Source of the DNA: Squalus acanthias
Lineage: Eukaryota
NCBI GenBank assembly: GCA_030390025.1
Contig: CM059438.1
Span: 67,148,001-67,212,000 of the forward strand
Reading direction: 5' to 3'
DNA: 64,000 bases
Shown here: piece after piece, positions 1 through 13,600 of the stretch
Numbering within the stretch: the stretch's first letter is position 1
How the letters are laid out: each line of letters begins with the position of its first letter
Made by a program: the position numbers and the translations under genes
Notes under the pieces: generated by a model
What the model saw: the letters and a program-made list of their open reading frames with translations, nothing else
What the model was told of the DNA's origin: nothing
Databases searched by the model: none

Positions 1-773
1 AAGTAATCATGGGGGACTTTAATCTACATATAGACTGGGCAAAACAAATTTGCAGTAATAGTGTGGAGGATGAATTCATGGAATGTATGCAAGATAGTTT
101 TCTAGATCAGTATGTTGAGGAACCAACTAGGGAGCAGGCTATTTTAGATCTAGTATTGTGCAACGAGAAAGTGTTAATTAATAACCTTGTAGTAAAGGGG
201 CCCTTAGGGAAGAGTGACCATAATATGATAGAATTTTATATTGAGTTTGAAAGTGATTTCGTTAAATCCGAAACTAAGGTCTTAAATCTAAACAAAGCAA
301 ACCACGTAGGTATGAGTGGCGAGTTGGCTAAGGTAGATTGGGAAACTACTTTAAAAAGTTGACGGTAGAGAAGCAATGGCTAGCATTTAAAGAATTAATA
401 CATAATTTACCAAAAATATACATTCCTTTAAGGCACAAAAACCCCACAGGAAAAGTGGTCCAACCGTGGCTAACAAGAGAAGTTAAAGATAGTATTAGAT
501 CAAAGGAAGAGGCTTATAATGTTGCCAAAAAGAGTAGTAAGCCTGAGGATTGGAAGGATTTTAGAATTCAGCAGAGGACTAAGAAATTGATAAAGAAAGG
601 GAAAATAGAATGAGAGTAAACTAGCGAGAGACATAAAAACAGACTGTAAAAGCTTCTATAGGTATGTAAAAAGGAAAAGATTAGTGAAAGTAAATGTGGA
701 TCCCTTACAGGCTGAGACAGGAGAAATTATAATGGGGAATAAGGAAATGGCAGAAAAATTAAACAGATACTTT

Positions 774-2497
774 GGCCGCGAATTTACCGGCGCTCAGAGG
801 GCGGGTTTGGAGGTGGGTCCGCTGTCAAAATAGCAAAGATTGACCGGGTAGGAAACCCGCTGTCAACCCGCCTCCAAGAGTCTCCCAGGTGTCGGGTCTG
901 TCAGTGGAGAACTGACCCGACACCAAGTGGCGGGGGATACAATTAAGCTTGTTAAATGGCTTTTTAAGAGCCAATTTAATGCTATTTTGAGGTTTCCTTC
1001 CAATTTTATGTTCTTAAAATGGGTTACCCGCTACTCCGGGATGAGATGTATCTGATAAGCTGACAGCTGCAGAAGTGGTGTAAAGGATGCCATGTTGCAG
1101 AGCGCAGAAACTGTTGTTTACTTCATTTGTAAGACATATAGAGATTTCTTTAAATTGTAAGTGTTTAGAGGCAACTGTATGTCCAGTGCCACCTCATTGG
1201 AACAACCTCTCTCACCATTAACAGATCGCTTCTGTCATCTCACCTGCAGCTGACATCTATTGCAGCAATATCGGTGCCCTTGAAAAAATCATACCTTGGT
1301 CCTCTGAATCCTTCCATGATCAGCCCCAACACCAACATCACCAGGCACACCAACATCACCAACCTTCTCCGCCATCACCTGATGCTGCACAGGACAAAGG
1401 GCATTAGCCCATGACAACATTGCTGCCCAGGAGGCCAGCGATGGCATCATCATGGCCAGATTTACTTCACTTGACACTGTTAACCCTGGCTGCCACATGA
1501 TGCACCAGGTTGACAGCATCCCACACCAGCACCGTGAAGCATCCCTTTAATGTCCAAGCCATTCCATGCACACTCATCACTATAGCGGGGGTGGGGGGTG
1601 GCAAGTTATGTCTCAACATTCACTGGAACTCAGTAAGACACTTCTCAAGGTGCGCACAGATCTGTCCAATAAGAGGCTGTGATGAAAATATAGATTTCAC
1701 TGTGTGACAGCACATTACCAGAAACTTCACATGGACATTGGCTAAACCTCTCAAGTGCCTACCCTTGTGTGTTGTTAGGTGGTATGCTTGTAGTAGGATG
1801 AGGGTGAGTGTGAGGGGTGGCTAGTGAGATGGGGAAGTGATAAAGTAGATAGAGAGGTGGAGGTGCAAGGTAAGTTGGTGTGAGTAAGGATGTGCAGGAG
1901 AAGGGTATGGAAGGCAGAGTGACGGGTATGTGTTGAATGGCACAACAGGGTAAGTTTGAATGTGGCTTTTCAGTAACGGTTTGTGATCTGCTGAGATCAT
2001 TGAAAGGTTGGCGCAGCTTCAGCCAGGGAGACCTGACGATATCTCTACTTTTGCCCTCCAGTGCAATGTGCAACCAGGCTGCGTTGGTGTCCTGGGGAGG
2101 TCTCTTCCGCCCTTGGAAGGGAAGAGAGCCACCCTGCATGCTGTGACTCCAACCATAAGAATATGGAGGGAGTCATTGGAGAGCCTAGGTACAAGCGTCC
2201 ACCTGTGTGCAGTGCTTGTCAGTGATTGCAGGACCTTAATGCTGTCAAACACTGACAGAACAACTGTCAAACTCAATGTGGACATGGTCCCTTTAAGGAA
2301 ACCGGCTGATGATGTGTCATTAAATTACGTCATCAGACCCGCTTCTTGTTAATTGGCCGGGAAGCCCAGAGGGCGGGCTTAACAAGGCCAATCAAGGGAA
2401 AATCCCTTTGACAGAGTGGCTGCAGCGAGGTTCGTGATGGGAACCTGGAATACAGCTCTCCCGCCACCATCCCATCTCCGCTGGGAAATTTGCGGCA
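774..2497 (-). mobile_element. Non-autonomous Harbinger element (family C) with Myb/SANT exon-1 remnant
   Basis: TIRs ggccgcgaattt / aaatttgcggca, TSD TTT at 771-773 and 2498-2500. Minus-strand translation PRLSNDSLHILMVGV..GRKRPPQDTNAAWLHIA..PFNDL. Colinear with 38128-39906. Confidence 0.9.
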
Positions 2498-3662
2498 TTT
2501 GCGTCTGTCTCCATGGAAGAAGACGCAAAAAACTTCCTGGAAATAGTGGCGAACCAAGGGTCTAGCGAAAATGAGGAACTGAAAAAAATTAGTATTAGTA
2601 AAAAAATACTGGATAAATTAATGGGACTGAAAGCCAATAAATCCACATGACCTGATGGCCTACATCTTATGGTTTTGAAAGAGCTGGCTATAGAGATAGT
2701 GGATGCATTGGTTGTCATTTTCCAAAATTCCATAGATTCTAGAACGGTTCCCCCGGATTGGAACGTAGCAAATGTAACCCTACTATATGAGAAAGGAGGG
2801 AGAAAGAAAACAGGGAACTACAGACCAGTTAGCCTGACATTAGTAGCAGGAAAAATGCTAGAATCTATTATTAAGGACATGGTAACAGGGCACTTAGAAA
2901 ATAATAATAGGATTAGGCAGAATCAACACGGATTTATGAAAGGGAAATCGTGTTTGACGAATCTGTTGGAGTTTTTTGTGGTTGTAACTAGCAAAATAGA
3001 TGAGGGGGAACCAGTGGATGTGGTGTATTTGGATTTTCAGAAGGCATTCGATAAGGTGCCACACAAAAGGTTATTTAAAAAAAATAGAACTCATGGGATT
3101 GGGGGTATAAAACTAACATGGATTGAGGATTGATAACGGACAGAAAAAGGAGAGTAGGAATAAACGATCATTTTCGAATTGGCAGGCTGTAACTAGTGGG
3201 GTACCGCAAGGATCAGTGCTTGGGCCTCAGCTATTCACAATCTATATCAATGATTTGGATGAGGGGACCAAATGTAATATATCCAAGTTTGCTGTTGATA
3301 CAAAGCTGGGTGGGAATGTAAGTTGTGAGGAGAATGCAAAGAGGCTTCAAGGGGATATAGACAAGCTAAGTGAATGGGCAAGATTGTGGCAAATGGAATA
3401 TAATGTGGAGAAATGTGAAGTTATCCACTTTGGTAGGAAAAATAGAAAAGCAGAGTATGTTTTAAAAGGTGAGAGATTGAAAAATGTTGGTGATCAGGGG
3501 AACCTGGGTGTCCTTCTACACGAATCACTGAAAATTAACATGCAGGTACAGCAAGCAATTAGGAAAGCAAATGGTATGTTGGCCTTTATTACAAGAGGAT
3601 TTGAGTACAAGAGTAAAGACATCTTACTGCAATTATATAGGGCCCTGGTGAGTCCACACCTG

Positions 3663-4555
3663 GGGGGAAAAATTTGGTTGCTTTGCACCTCCCGTTAGCA
3701 CCCTAAGAGGACGCTAATGGGGCGCAAAGCAACTAGTGTCCGGGTGCGGCGATGTTTGCACCGCTCGCGAACTTGACCCGACATTTTGCAGGCAGCGCTC
3801 AACACTACCGCCACGATCTCCTGCGCCCGCAGATCGTGACATCAGTCGCGCGTGTAACGCCCCGGTAGCACCCCGGACCGGATATTGTGTGGCGCCCCCT
3901 GCCTTACCGCCTGCCGTTAGCAACGACAGGTTGAGGGGAGCGTTTTGCAGTCGGAAAGGGACTAGGGGAGTGCTATTTAAAGGCGACCGCTTCCTGCCTT
4001 TTTTTGTCGGCGACATTTTTGCACCACGCATTCTGAGAGAGAGAGAGAGACTTCTGGAGAGATTCAACGCTGTGTGAAAGAGTTTTGGGTACTGAGCAGC
4101 ACTTTGCAGGGTCATTTTGATTTGACCTTCCTTGCATCGATTTAGAAGAGACTATGGGAGCTGCACTCTGAGCTCTTTCCCTGGGGCTCTCCATTGTTCT
4201 TTCCAGCAGATTTGATGTACAGGTCTCTCCAGGCCGAGAATCAAGGCTGCAATGAGGAGGGTGTGGATGGAGAGCAAGATCGACTCTCCCCTTTAAGAAC
4301 TGGCCGGTGCCAGTATGTCTGTGTTCCATTGCTGACTGACATCACATGAGCTTCGGCAGCGCTCTGAGGTAGCGCCTCGCTCCTCGGCGTTAGCGCCTTA
4401 AGACAGGTGTGCAGCACCTGATTTTGGGCTCCAATCACCTCCAGGGGCGATAGAAGCCAAGTTTGCAGTCGGAGGCGATTATTAGTGCCAGGCGCTAAAC
4501 TTTGCGCCCGGCCAATAATTGCACCCCAAACGGGGTGATACCGAATTTCTCCCCC
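3663..4555 (-). mobile_element. Harbinger-type MITE (family B)
   Basis: TIRs gggggaaaaattt / aatttctccccc interrupt CR1 at ccacac-ctg|g.gtattg (TSD degenerate). Many GGCGCTAA/TTAGCGCC motifs. Inverted homolog at 56852-57744. Confidence 0.85.
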
Positions 4556-5113
4556 ACGGTGTATTGTGTACAGTTTTGGTTTCCTTACCTAAGGAAGGAT
4601 ACGTTTGCCATAGAGGGAGTGCAACGAAGGTTCACAAGACTGATTCCTGGGATGGGGGTATTGTCCTATGAGGAGAGATTGAGTAGACTAGGCCTATATT
4701 TTCTAGAGTTTAGAAGAATGAGAGGTGATCTCATTGAAACATACAAAGTTCTTACAGGGCTTGACAGGGTAAATGCAGGGAGGATGTTTCCCCTGGCTGG
4801 GGAGTCCAGAACCAGGGGTCACAGTCTCAGAATAAGGGGTCGGCCATTTAGGACTGAGATGAGGAGAAATTTCTTCACTCAGAGGGTGGTGAATCTTTGA
4901 ATTCTCTACCCCAGAGGGCTGTGGAGGCTCAGTCGTTGAGTATATTCAAGACAGAGATTGATAGATTTTTAGATATTAAGGGAATCAAGGGATATGGGGA
5001 TAGTGCAGGAAAGTGGAGATGAGGTAGAAGATCAGCCATGATCTTATTGAATGGCGGAGCAGGCTCGAAGGGCCAAATGGCCTACTCCTGCTCCTATTTC
5101 TTATGTTCTTATG

Positions 5114-6140
5114 TAAAAGATCCCATGGCACTATTTCGAAGAAGAGCAGGGGAGTTATGCCTGGTATCCTGACCAATATTTAGCCCTCAATCAACGTAAC
5201 AAAAACAGATTGGCCCTGAAATTCACCTCTCCGGCTTGCCGCGGGGGTAAGGATTCTGCGCACACTTACCTACCGCGCCTGCCGTTGTGTTTTGGGTCCA
5301 CGGGAACTTCAGCTCCTGGGCCTGCTCCAAGTGCCGGCGCGCAGTGCGTGCGTGTCCCAGGGGCGCAGTTAGTGCGATGCGTCCCCTGGGATCACGTGGG
5401 CCATGGAGAGCCAATGGCTCACCCTCTGAGTGAAGAAATTTCTCCTCATCTCATTCAGGAAAGACCTGTCAAATCTGTGAATTGAAATCGGCCCCAAAAG
5501 AACAGCTAAACTTAAAATAAATTAAAAAAAAACCATCACATTTATAAAATAACTATAATTCAATAAATTAACCACTTTAAACAAAAATTTAAATTTTTGA
5601 AAAAATTAAAATACTTTTTAAAAGTGATAAAAATAAACTTAGCTTTCTTTAAAGTATCTAAAAAAGATAAACCTGTTGAAATTTTTTTAAAATTATACTT
5701 AATTAACCACTTACCTTGTTGAAAACGGCTCCTGCGCCTCCTTTTTATAAGCGTAGGTTCTTCAATACTTACCCTCCCGTAGAAACCTGAAAAAAAACCT
5801 AAGTTTGCTGCGTGCGCGCAGCCTCTACCGCGCACGCAGTTCACCTAGGAACCGCCCACTTCACCAGACCGGAAGTTCCGGTTTCCCACGCATGTGCAGT
5901 GCATGCAGGAAACTGGCACTTCGGGACGTCTTACGGGTGAGTACGCACTGTGTACTCACCCGGGAAGGGCCGAATTTTTGGCCCATTATCTGGTCATTAT
6001 CACATTGCTGTTTGTGGGAGCTTGTGTGTGCAATTGGCTGCTGCGTTTCCTACATTACAACAGTGACTACACTTCAAAAGTACTTCATTGGCTGTAAAGT
6101 GCTTTGGGACGTCCTGAGGACATGAAAGGCACTATATTTC
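5114..6140 (+). mobile_element. Deu-domain SINE with L2-type tail (5' truncated), interrupted by a MITE
   Basis: ggcactatttcgaagaagagcagggg...aaaaacagatt|atctggtcattatcacattgctgtttgtgggagc...gaaaggcactata matches the other copies at 23.7, 31.2, 31.8 and 61.3 kb. Confidence 0.85.
5212..5984 (+). mobile_element. Harbinger-type MITE family A, copy 1
   Basis: TIRs ggccctgaaattc / gaatttttggccc, TSD ATT at 5209-5211 and 5985-5987. GC-rich arms around an AT-rich core. Confidence 0.92.
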
Positions 6141-6984
6141 TCTCAGCAATAAGGCCATTCCAACCTTTGGGTGGAGAAGCAGCATGAAGCTGCTTGTGGC
6201 GATGTATCATTTATACTCACGTCAGGAATGAAATACTGCGCTATGCAATGTGAGGCCTGAGGCACCGGTAACTTCTCCTGAGCTCAGCCAGGGTGTTTCT
6301 GGGGCACTCCAGTTTGCTTTGTTGCTGCTGGACTGGGAATGGGGGGAAAAAATCAGACGGTGTTCCTTTCCCGATAGCTAATGATTGACATTAGCTGGAA
6401 ATGTGCGGTAACACTCGCTGGGAATGTATGAGCACAGGATCAGGCTCACCTCTGATGCCCTCCATGTTAAAATAATCTGTCGACATTGACTCATATATGA
6501 AGAATGGACACTTTAGCAGGAGAATTGCCGGCTGGCATCTGCGGAACGATTTAGCAACACGGGTCATTAGCTTCAGGAGAAAATGAGGGGACAAGTTCTC
6601 TGGCGGCCTGAGGATACTGTGTTAATACTGGCTCCCCTCACCCTTTATCCCAAGCTTTACATGGAATAGAAATCGAAGGATAGGGACAGAATACGATCTT
6701 TGATAGCCCTCTGTGCATTTGAAGGTTCTAAGTACAGATTGAGATGCTTGAATGCCATGTAGAATATCATGGTTCCTCAACTGAGGTATGGACATGCCTT
6801 ACCAAGAAAGGGAGTCAAACAAGGATGTATAATAGAGGAACAAAGATTTGCTCAGTGCGCCAGTGTTTTGTTTGATTCACCTTTGGAGGGCCGGGAGACA
6901 CACTGCAGAAACCTTCCTCAGAAGATTAAGTGATCCGGATGCATCAACCACGCATGGGTTAAACATTGAAAGGATAAGTTGGGG

Positions 6985-7235
6985 AACAGAAGCCAACATT
7001 AAAGAGGAGGTTGTCGAAAGCAGAGAGGATGGTAAGCAGATGAAGGGAAGTGAGGTGAGAGCTCCAGAGTTTAGCAATTGAGGAAGCGGTTGTGTGGCAG
7101 AGTGTAAGAAGCGAGGGGTGAGAAGAAGCCTGGTGTTGGAGGAGCAGAGCATGCTTGTGGGAATAAAAGCAGGACGAGGTCACATACGTAGAGTGGAACA
7201 AGGCCATGAGGAGATTTGAAAACCAGGACGCGCTA
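6985..7235 (-). mobile_element. Old L2 LINE fragment
   Basis: Reverse complement resembles the L2 3' ORF2 region at 24432-24980 (ttttcaaatctcctcatggccttg, ctaaactctggagctc). Confidence 0.55.
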
Positions 7236-7916
7236 TGACACAGGGCAGGGTGGTAAGAGCTGGGACAGCGCAGGTGAGGGGTGGAGTCAGAAACTGGCTT
7301 GACGGGCCTTTTCTGTTCAATGCTTTATATCCATCTGTCTCCTGTGCTGGAAAGTGAACTTCCACTGCTACAACTGGCTGTGAGACGGTGCACAAAAATA
7401 GATGGGGTGATTCACCAACTTTTTCTTCTTCTTTCCTCTCTTGGAAGAAGTCCCTCAGCTGCAATGGCAGTCTTCACTGACGGCCTGGGAACTTGCCTTT
7501 TAGAAGCCTCATTGTCGGATTACCGAGCAAGAAACATTTCTGATTGCTACATTCGTTAAAGGATAAGGATGGAGAAGAAGTATTGACTGCAGTTGACTGA
7601 ACCATAACTTCATTGTCCCTTGGGTTGCAGAATGTGATTGACTGTGTAATAAGGCACTCGGTCTTCATGTTTTTGGACAATCGGATATTCTTGAGGTCAA
7701 TGGTTTCTGACTACAGTGCGCAACAGCAGTCAATATTTGCGTGTGGCTTTTATTCACAAATATTAAGACGTTCCATTAAGTCAACATCCATATGCCCAGT
7801 GCATGCTAGTTAGTTGTTCTCAGCAGGAATTCTACAGTTGACCTCAGCGCACAGAGTTAGAAGGAGCAGCAAGGACTCTCAATCCTCTTTTTGATCCAAT
7901 GACTATCCTGGATAAT

Positions 7917-9330
7917 TGCTGAAATTTTCCTTATCTTGGCGGGTCATGTGTGGGCGGTGGCCATGTCGGGTCGCGACCCCGCTGCTGGCTCCATCCCGCT
8001 GTTGAAAATGAACTTACCTTCATGGGGCCTATCAAGCCCACCCAGCGCTTTACCCGGCCCAATTAGACGGAGCGGCTCTGGTGACATCATTCATGAAGTG
8101 TTTTCAGCCGGGATCTTTAAAGGGACCATGGCCACATTACATTTGAAGTTTAATCTAACAAAATGGGTGTTGAATCTTTACTCTACAATAATATAATAAA
8201 AGTTATAGGTGAGTGACAAAGAAATATTTAAATAATATTATCATTAAGTAATATGACACCATCTACAAATACGATCAAGAACATAATTTAAAAAGTACAT
8301 TAATTGGGAAGTTATTGGTGCTTTAGTCAGAAATCTATAGACTTTTGTATCAGTAACTGGTACAAGTAAAAGATGTGTGTGTATAGGTAATATATAAAAT
8401 TAAGCAGAATTTAAATGTAATTGTAAAGGGGTGGATTTACAATCTTATGCAAGTTCAGCGGAAGAGCTGCGGAATCCCTGACAAACAGTGTTTACAATGT
8501 GTTTCTGGGATTTCTGCAGCTCTTCTGTTGAAGTTAACAATGGACAAGTATGAGAACTGCCGCAGAAATTCACCCCCAAAGTCTCAGACTGAAAAATTAA
8601 ATTAGTCATATTCAGGGACTGAAAGCAAATTGAACCAGTGAAATGATTGATGAGAATGAAATTGTTACGGTTGATGACTTGATTTATTCTGTAACTGGAC
8701 AATCAATTGTGCGAAAAACCTGACCAGAAACAACACAAAAAATTATTTAAATGGCATGTGTCATTTTTTATAGTGCAGATCAATTCACTGTAATTACTGT
8801 TGCATTGGAAGGCAACAGCCAAGAATGGCCAGTGAAAAATGTATTTCCCTCACCATAGGAGGGGAGCCTTCAGCACTCACATCACTTCAGAAATTTCTGA
8901 TTTAACATTTAACAGTAGCTTTTCAAGTAGAACAGAATCTCCATCAATCTGTTAGCTGATGTCATCAACATGTTTTTATTTTGGTTTGTTTTTCATGCTG
9001 TCAAGTAATCAGCTGGAGCAATGGCCACAGAACTCCCTCCTCAGATTGACAGACGTGGTTCCTGAGCTGCGTGAATCTCGTGGTCATGCAGGGAAATTTA
9101 AAAAGTAGGGGGAGAAAGGCTCTTAAATGCCTGTAAACTAACTGATAAACATCTGAATTGGGTTGCCTGCCACTGCCGGTCGGGTCGGCTCCGCGATGAC
9201 AGATGTGCCTGGGGGGAAAGGCGCTTGGGAGCGAGATGTCAGCGGGTTCCCGGCCCGCTGTCAAAAATAATAACTTTCCCACACGACCCGCCACCGATCT
9301 CGCCCGCTACCACCCCGGAAAATTCAGCCC
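7917..9330. mobile_element. Degenerate non-autonomous Harbinger-type element
   Basis: Ends tgctgaaattttcc and ggaaaattcagccc, both flanked by AAT. GC-rich arms with GGCGGG/CCCGC motifs resemble family C ends; the middle is AT-rich. Confidence 0.55.
8428..8577. mobile_element. Small (~150 bp) Harbinger-type MITE
   Basis: Ends ggggtggattt / aaattcaccccc, flanked by AAA on both sides. Related to 59077-59760. Confidence 0.6.
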
Positions 9331-9618
9331 AATGTATGTGTGCAGATATCCGGGTAAGAACAGATCCCGCTTGCCTCTGATGCCTCTATGACCGACTTGC
9401 CTACCTAGGTCCACTTATGGAGAGTAGCCCATTGGGCGAGGTCCCAAAGAGTGGTCAGCGCTCATCGAGCTGTTCCCTAGCAAGACTAGGTGCCTTCAGG
9501 AAAAGAGAGAAAGGTTGAGAAATAGTCAACGGATGTGCGTGGAACCCAAAATTAACTGGAATAAAAGCATCAGTTGAGCAGCAGTTTACAAACAGAGGCC
9601 TAGTTTCTTGCTTCAACT

Positions 9619-10186
9619 AATACGATAGCAAAATACTGCGGATGCTGGAAATCTGAAATAACAACAGAAAACGCTGGAAAAACTCAGCAGGCCAGGCAGC
9701 ATCCGTGGAGAGAGAAAGAGAGTTAACGTTTCAGGTCGATGACCTTTCGTCAGAACTGTGAAGAGCCGGAAATCAAATAGATTTAAGGCCAGAGTAAAGC
9801 TGGGAAAAGGGGGAGGGGATAAAAGAACAAAGGGGGAGATGAAGAGACATTAAGAGACATTAAGAGATATGCAAGGCTAGAGGTGGTGTTAATGTGACAG
9901 ATTAAGGCTGAAAGAAGTGTGAAATCCACTGGCAGAATGAAGGACAGCTGCCAGCTTCTAGGAGGAAAAAAAAGGTGGGGGGGGGCAAATAAAAGGGTGG
10001 AAAAAATAAAATATAAATGTGATTGGAGCTGAGGTTATGATCTAAAATTGTTGAACTCGATATTGAGTCCAGAGGGCTGTAGCGTGCCTAAACGAAAGAT
10101 GAGGTGCTGTTCCTCGAGCTTACGCTGCGCTTCCGTGGAACAGTGTAATAGGCCGAGGACGGTGAGGTCACAGTGGGAGTGAAGCG
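9619..10186 (-). mobile_element. Penelope-like retroelement 3' fragment (GIY-YIG C-terminus + 3' repeat)
   Basis: Minus-strand translation EAQRKLEEQHLIFRLGTLQPSGLNIEFNNFRS*. A 16-bp duplication gtttcttgcttcaact flanks it (9603-9618 and 10187-10202). Confidence 0.88.
9719..9758 (-). ncRNA. Minimal type I hammerhead ribozyme motif within the Penelope element
   Basis: Minus strand reads cagtt-CTGACGA-a-aggtc-atc-gacct-GAAAC-GTT-aact: conserved core, 5-bp stem II, palindromic ACGT stem III and agtt/aact stem I. Confidence 0.75.
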
Positions 10187-11189
10187 GTTTCTTGCTTCAA
10201 CTGTTGGGCGGCCTTGTGAGAATACGACCTGTGTGCAACACTCAATAAAACTCAGCTAGCCAGTTTGAGGAATGGGAAGGAAAAACATTTAACAGATGCT
10301 GGTCCCGTATTTAAACACAAATTTTTGCAAAAAATGCTGATTCATCCGGAAGCTTTGGTTGTGAGATGCTCACTCTCCCTGCAGGGTTTGTTTAGTGCAC
10401 CTCCTGTTTCACAGCCTCCTGTGGAATTCATCCCTCATATGATTTACAGTGGAAATTGTGATGCAGTTTTACGTGCCTTTGATTTTAGGCCCTTGCTGTG
10501 TGGGGTTTTATTAAATTGCACTGTGGTTTAGCCCAGGTCAGACAGTTAATGATTTTGCCTTATGTTTTCATAGCGCTTGTTTGCCTTGTGCTTTTGCTTC
10601 GCCGTCCTTTTTAATATCGGTGCCTGTTTTAAGCAAACATTCCATCTGCTGTACAATTCTTTGCAATTTCAAGGACAAGTTTTGTTTGAAAATCTCCTAA
10701 GATTGCATTGATGTCCAATTTGAAAACCCAGCACTCTTTGATGAAATGGACTAGACTGTACTGTGCTGAATATCTGCTACTAAAGCTGCCTCTCTTGTTG
10801 AACCTTTCAGTTGAATTATTGTTTACAAGATCCCTGACTGAACTGGTTGTCGTTAGAAGTGTGCGTGTGCATGTGCACGCCTGATCAAAGCACTCAGGTT
10901 TGTCATACCAGACAGATCAGACCGTGGAATACCATGCAAAGGCAATACACACCGCGCACAAGCTGACACTGGTACTGGTATCGTACATCATAGTTATTGC
11001 AGCACATAATTCATAAGGCTGTTGTCACTTATCGCAGATGCCAGACAAGTGAGTGACTGGCTCCTTCATTTCCAGCATAGCTTGACCTGCTCGCAAATAT
11101 TGGTAAGTGTGCAATACTGTGCATGCAGAAAACCCACTTTCTATGCTGTGGGCCCGATTGAGAGGCCCGCCCGATCTGTCACCAAAACC

Positions 11190-12758
11190 GCCTGCATTTA
11201 CATCTGCAATACGCTCTCCCTCTGCCCTACCTCTCCCCCTTCAACTGCTAAAATCCTACTGCACACTTCCATCGCCTCACGTATTTCTCCAGCATCACAA
11301 GCTACAAGTCATCGGGCAGCCTGCGTCCCCTCCCACACTAACACCTGCGCCTCCATCACCCCTATACTTGCCAAGCTCTTTTGTATTCCTGTGGACTTTC
11401 CCCTCAAGCCCTTGAACATTTCGCTTCCCAAATCCATGCCCATCTTTTCCGCAACACCATGTTTGAACCCCTCTAATCAGGTTTCCGCCTCTGCCACAGC
11501 ACTGAAATGGCCCTTATCAAAGTCACAAATGACATCCTATGTGATTGTGACCATGGTAAACTATCCCTCCACATCCTTATCAACGTGTCTGCAGCCTTTG
11601 ACGAGGTTGACCACACGATCCTCCTCCAATGCCTCACCTCTGTTGTCCAGCTGGGTGGGACTACCCTCGCCTGGTTCCATTCCTATCTATCTAGTCATAG
11701 CCAGAGATTCACCTGCAATGGCTTCGCTTCCCGCTCCCGCACCATTATCTCTGGAGTCCGCCAAGGATAGATCCTTGACCTGCTAGTACTTCTCAGCTAT
11801 ATGTTGCCCCTCAGCAACATCATCCAAAAATATGTCAGGTTCCACATGTACGTTGATGACACACACAGCTATCTCACCTCCTCTACCTCTCTCAACCCCT
11901 CCACCATCTCTGATTTCTCATGCTGTTTGTTCAATATCCAGTATAGGATGAGCAGAATCTTCCTCCAACTAAATACTGGGAAGACCAAAGCCAGTGTTTT
12001 CGGTCTCCTCCCCACAAACTCCATTCCTCTCCCTGGCCACTATCTGAGGCTGAAACAGACTGTTTGCAACTGTGGCATCTGATTTGACCCTGAACTCAGC
12101 TTCCAACCGCATATCCTCTCCATCAGGAAGACCGCCTACTCCCACCTCCATAACATCGCCCATCACTGCCACTGCCTCAGCTCATCTGCAGCTGAAACCT
12201 CTCGACTTGACTATTCCAATGCTCACTTAGCTGGCCTCCCACTTTGCACCCTCTGTAAACTTGAGCTCATCCAAACCTCTGCTGCCTGTATCCTAACTCG
12301 CAGCAAGTCCCGTTCAAACATCACCCCTGACCGACATTGACCCCCAGTCCAGCAACGCCTCAATTTTAAAATTCTCATCCTTGTTTTCAAATCCCACCAT
12401 GTCCTCACCCCTCTTTATCTCTGTAACCTCCTCCAGCCTTACAACCCTCCGAGATCTCTGCGCTCCTCCAATTCTGGCTTCTTGCACATCTCTGATTTTC
12501 GTTGCTCCACCATAGGAGGCCATGCCTTCAGCTGTCTGGGTCCGAAGCTCGAGAATTCCCTCTCTAAACCTCTCTGCCTCTCTCTCCTCTTTTAAAATGC
12601 TCCCTAAAACCTACCTCTATCACCAAGCTTTTGGTCACCTCTCCTAATATCTCCTTATGTGGCTCGGTATCAATTAAAAAAAAAAAAAATCCTTCCTGTG
12701 AAGCACCTTGGGATGTTTTACTACAATAAAGGCACTATATTAATGGAAGTTGTTGTTG
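11190..12758 (+). mobile_element. L2 LINE 3' portion, decayed RT
   Basis: ALIKVTNDIL, SAAFDEVDHTILL, FHMYVDDT and LQLNTGKTK; tail ...gttgttgttg. Confidence 0.9.
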
Positions 12759-13600
12759 TCCGAGAGAACAATTCGAAGATTTTTGTTCCCCCCTTCAAAT
12801 CATTTCAAGAAGCAGGAGATTGGTATGGAATGGTACAGATTTATAATTAGAAGTTTCACTTGTAAGGAAAGCAACAAGAGTGAAACTATCGATAAGACAA
12901 CAAAGTAGGGGAGCTGTATCGGTCTATGGGAAAAAAAATAACTCGTTAAAACTAAAGTTATTGATTAGGGATAAGGCAAGAAGCTCATTAAAGTGCACCT
13001 CATATGGAGTTGTAATCGGTAATGCAGAAGCAGGTCAATTGCCATGTAGAAGGGGTAAGATAAAGATATAAAAAGTGGGTGTTGGGACAGATACTTTGGG
13101 ATTCGATTCGGGTCTGCAACCTGCATACGAAGCTCAGAACTGTAATGCGTAACTATCAAGGTTTGGTCATAAGTATTGCTTCTTTAAGTGTATGTTGCAT
13201 TACTGTATACTTAATAAATCTGGCATTTGACATTCAATGTTGCAAACCCTGTTGATTTGAGGAGTAAATTATAAGTAAGAACACACACACTTATAGCTCC
13301 TCTAACAAATGCGCGAGGTCAGCTCTTCTTAATCTATCAGTGACGGAGGAGGTTTGATGTTTGGCCACAATCACTTCGCAGTGTGAGATGCCGCATTTTT
13401 AATACTTTGGAGTGAGCCGAGATATTAATAGTAGTTGTAATAATTCTTTTCTTTTTAAAAAAAAAAGTGGTCAGCTAATGGATGCTGCAAAGTGGGCAAT
13501 GAAGCGATTGTCCTTGTCCAGGGGATACGTCTTTCCCAGCTTCATTACCTATATTTTGTCTGTAGTCTAGATAGACATGGTCTAGCCATCTTGTGATTAA

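Larger units (their letters stand above)
1..5113 (+). mobile_element. CR1 LINE, ORF2 (APE endonuclease + RT) and 3' end, decayed, split by two DNA-transposon insertions
   Basis: Translations include MGDFN..LDLVL..SDHN (endonuclease), NYRPVSLT, YLDFQKAFDKVPH, SGVPQGSVLGP, KFAVDTKL and RTEMRRNFFTQRVV. It ends in a CR1-type tail tcttatgttcttatg near 5100-5113. Frames resume across 774-2497 and 3663-4555. Confidence 0.95.
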
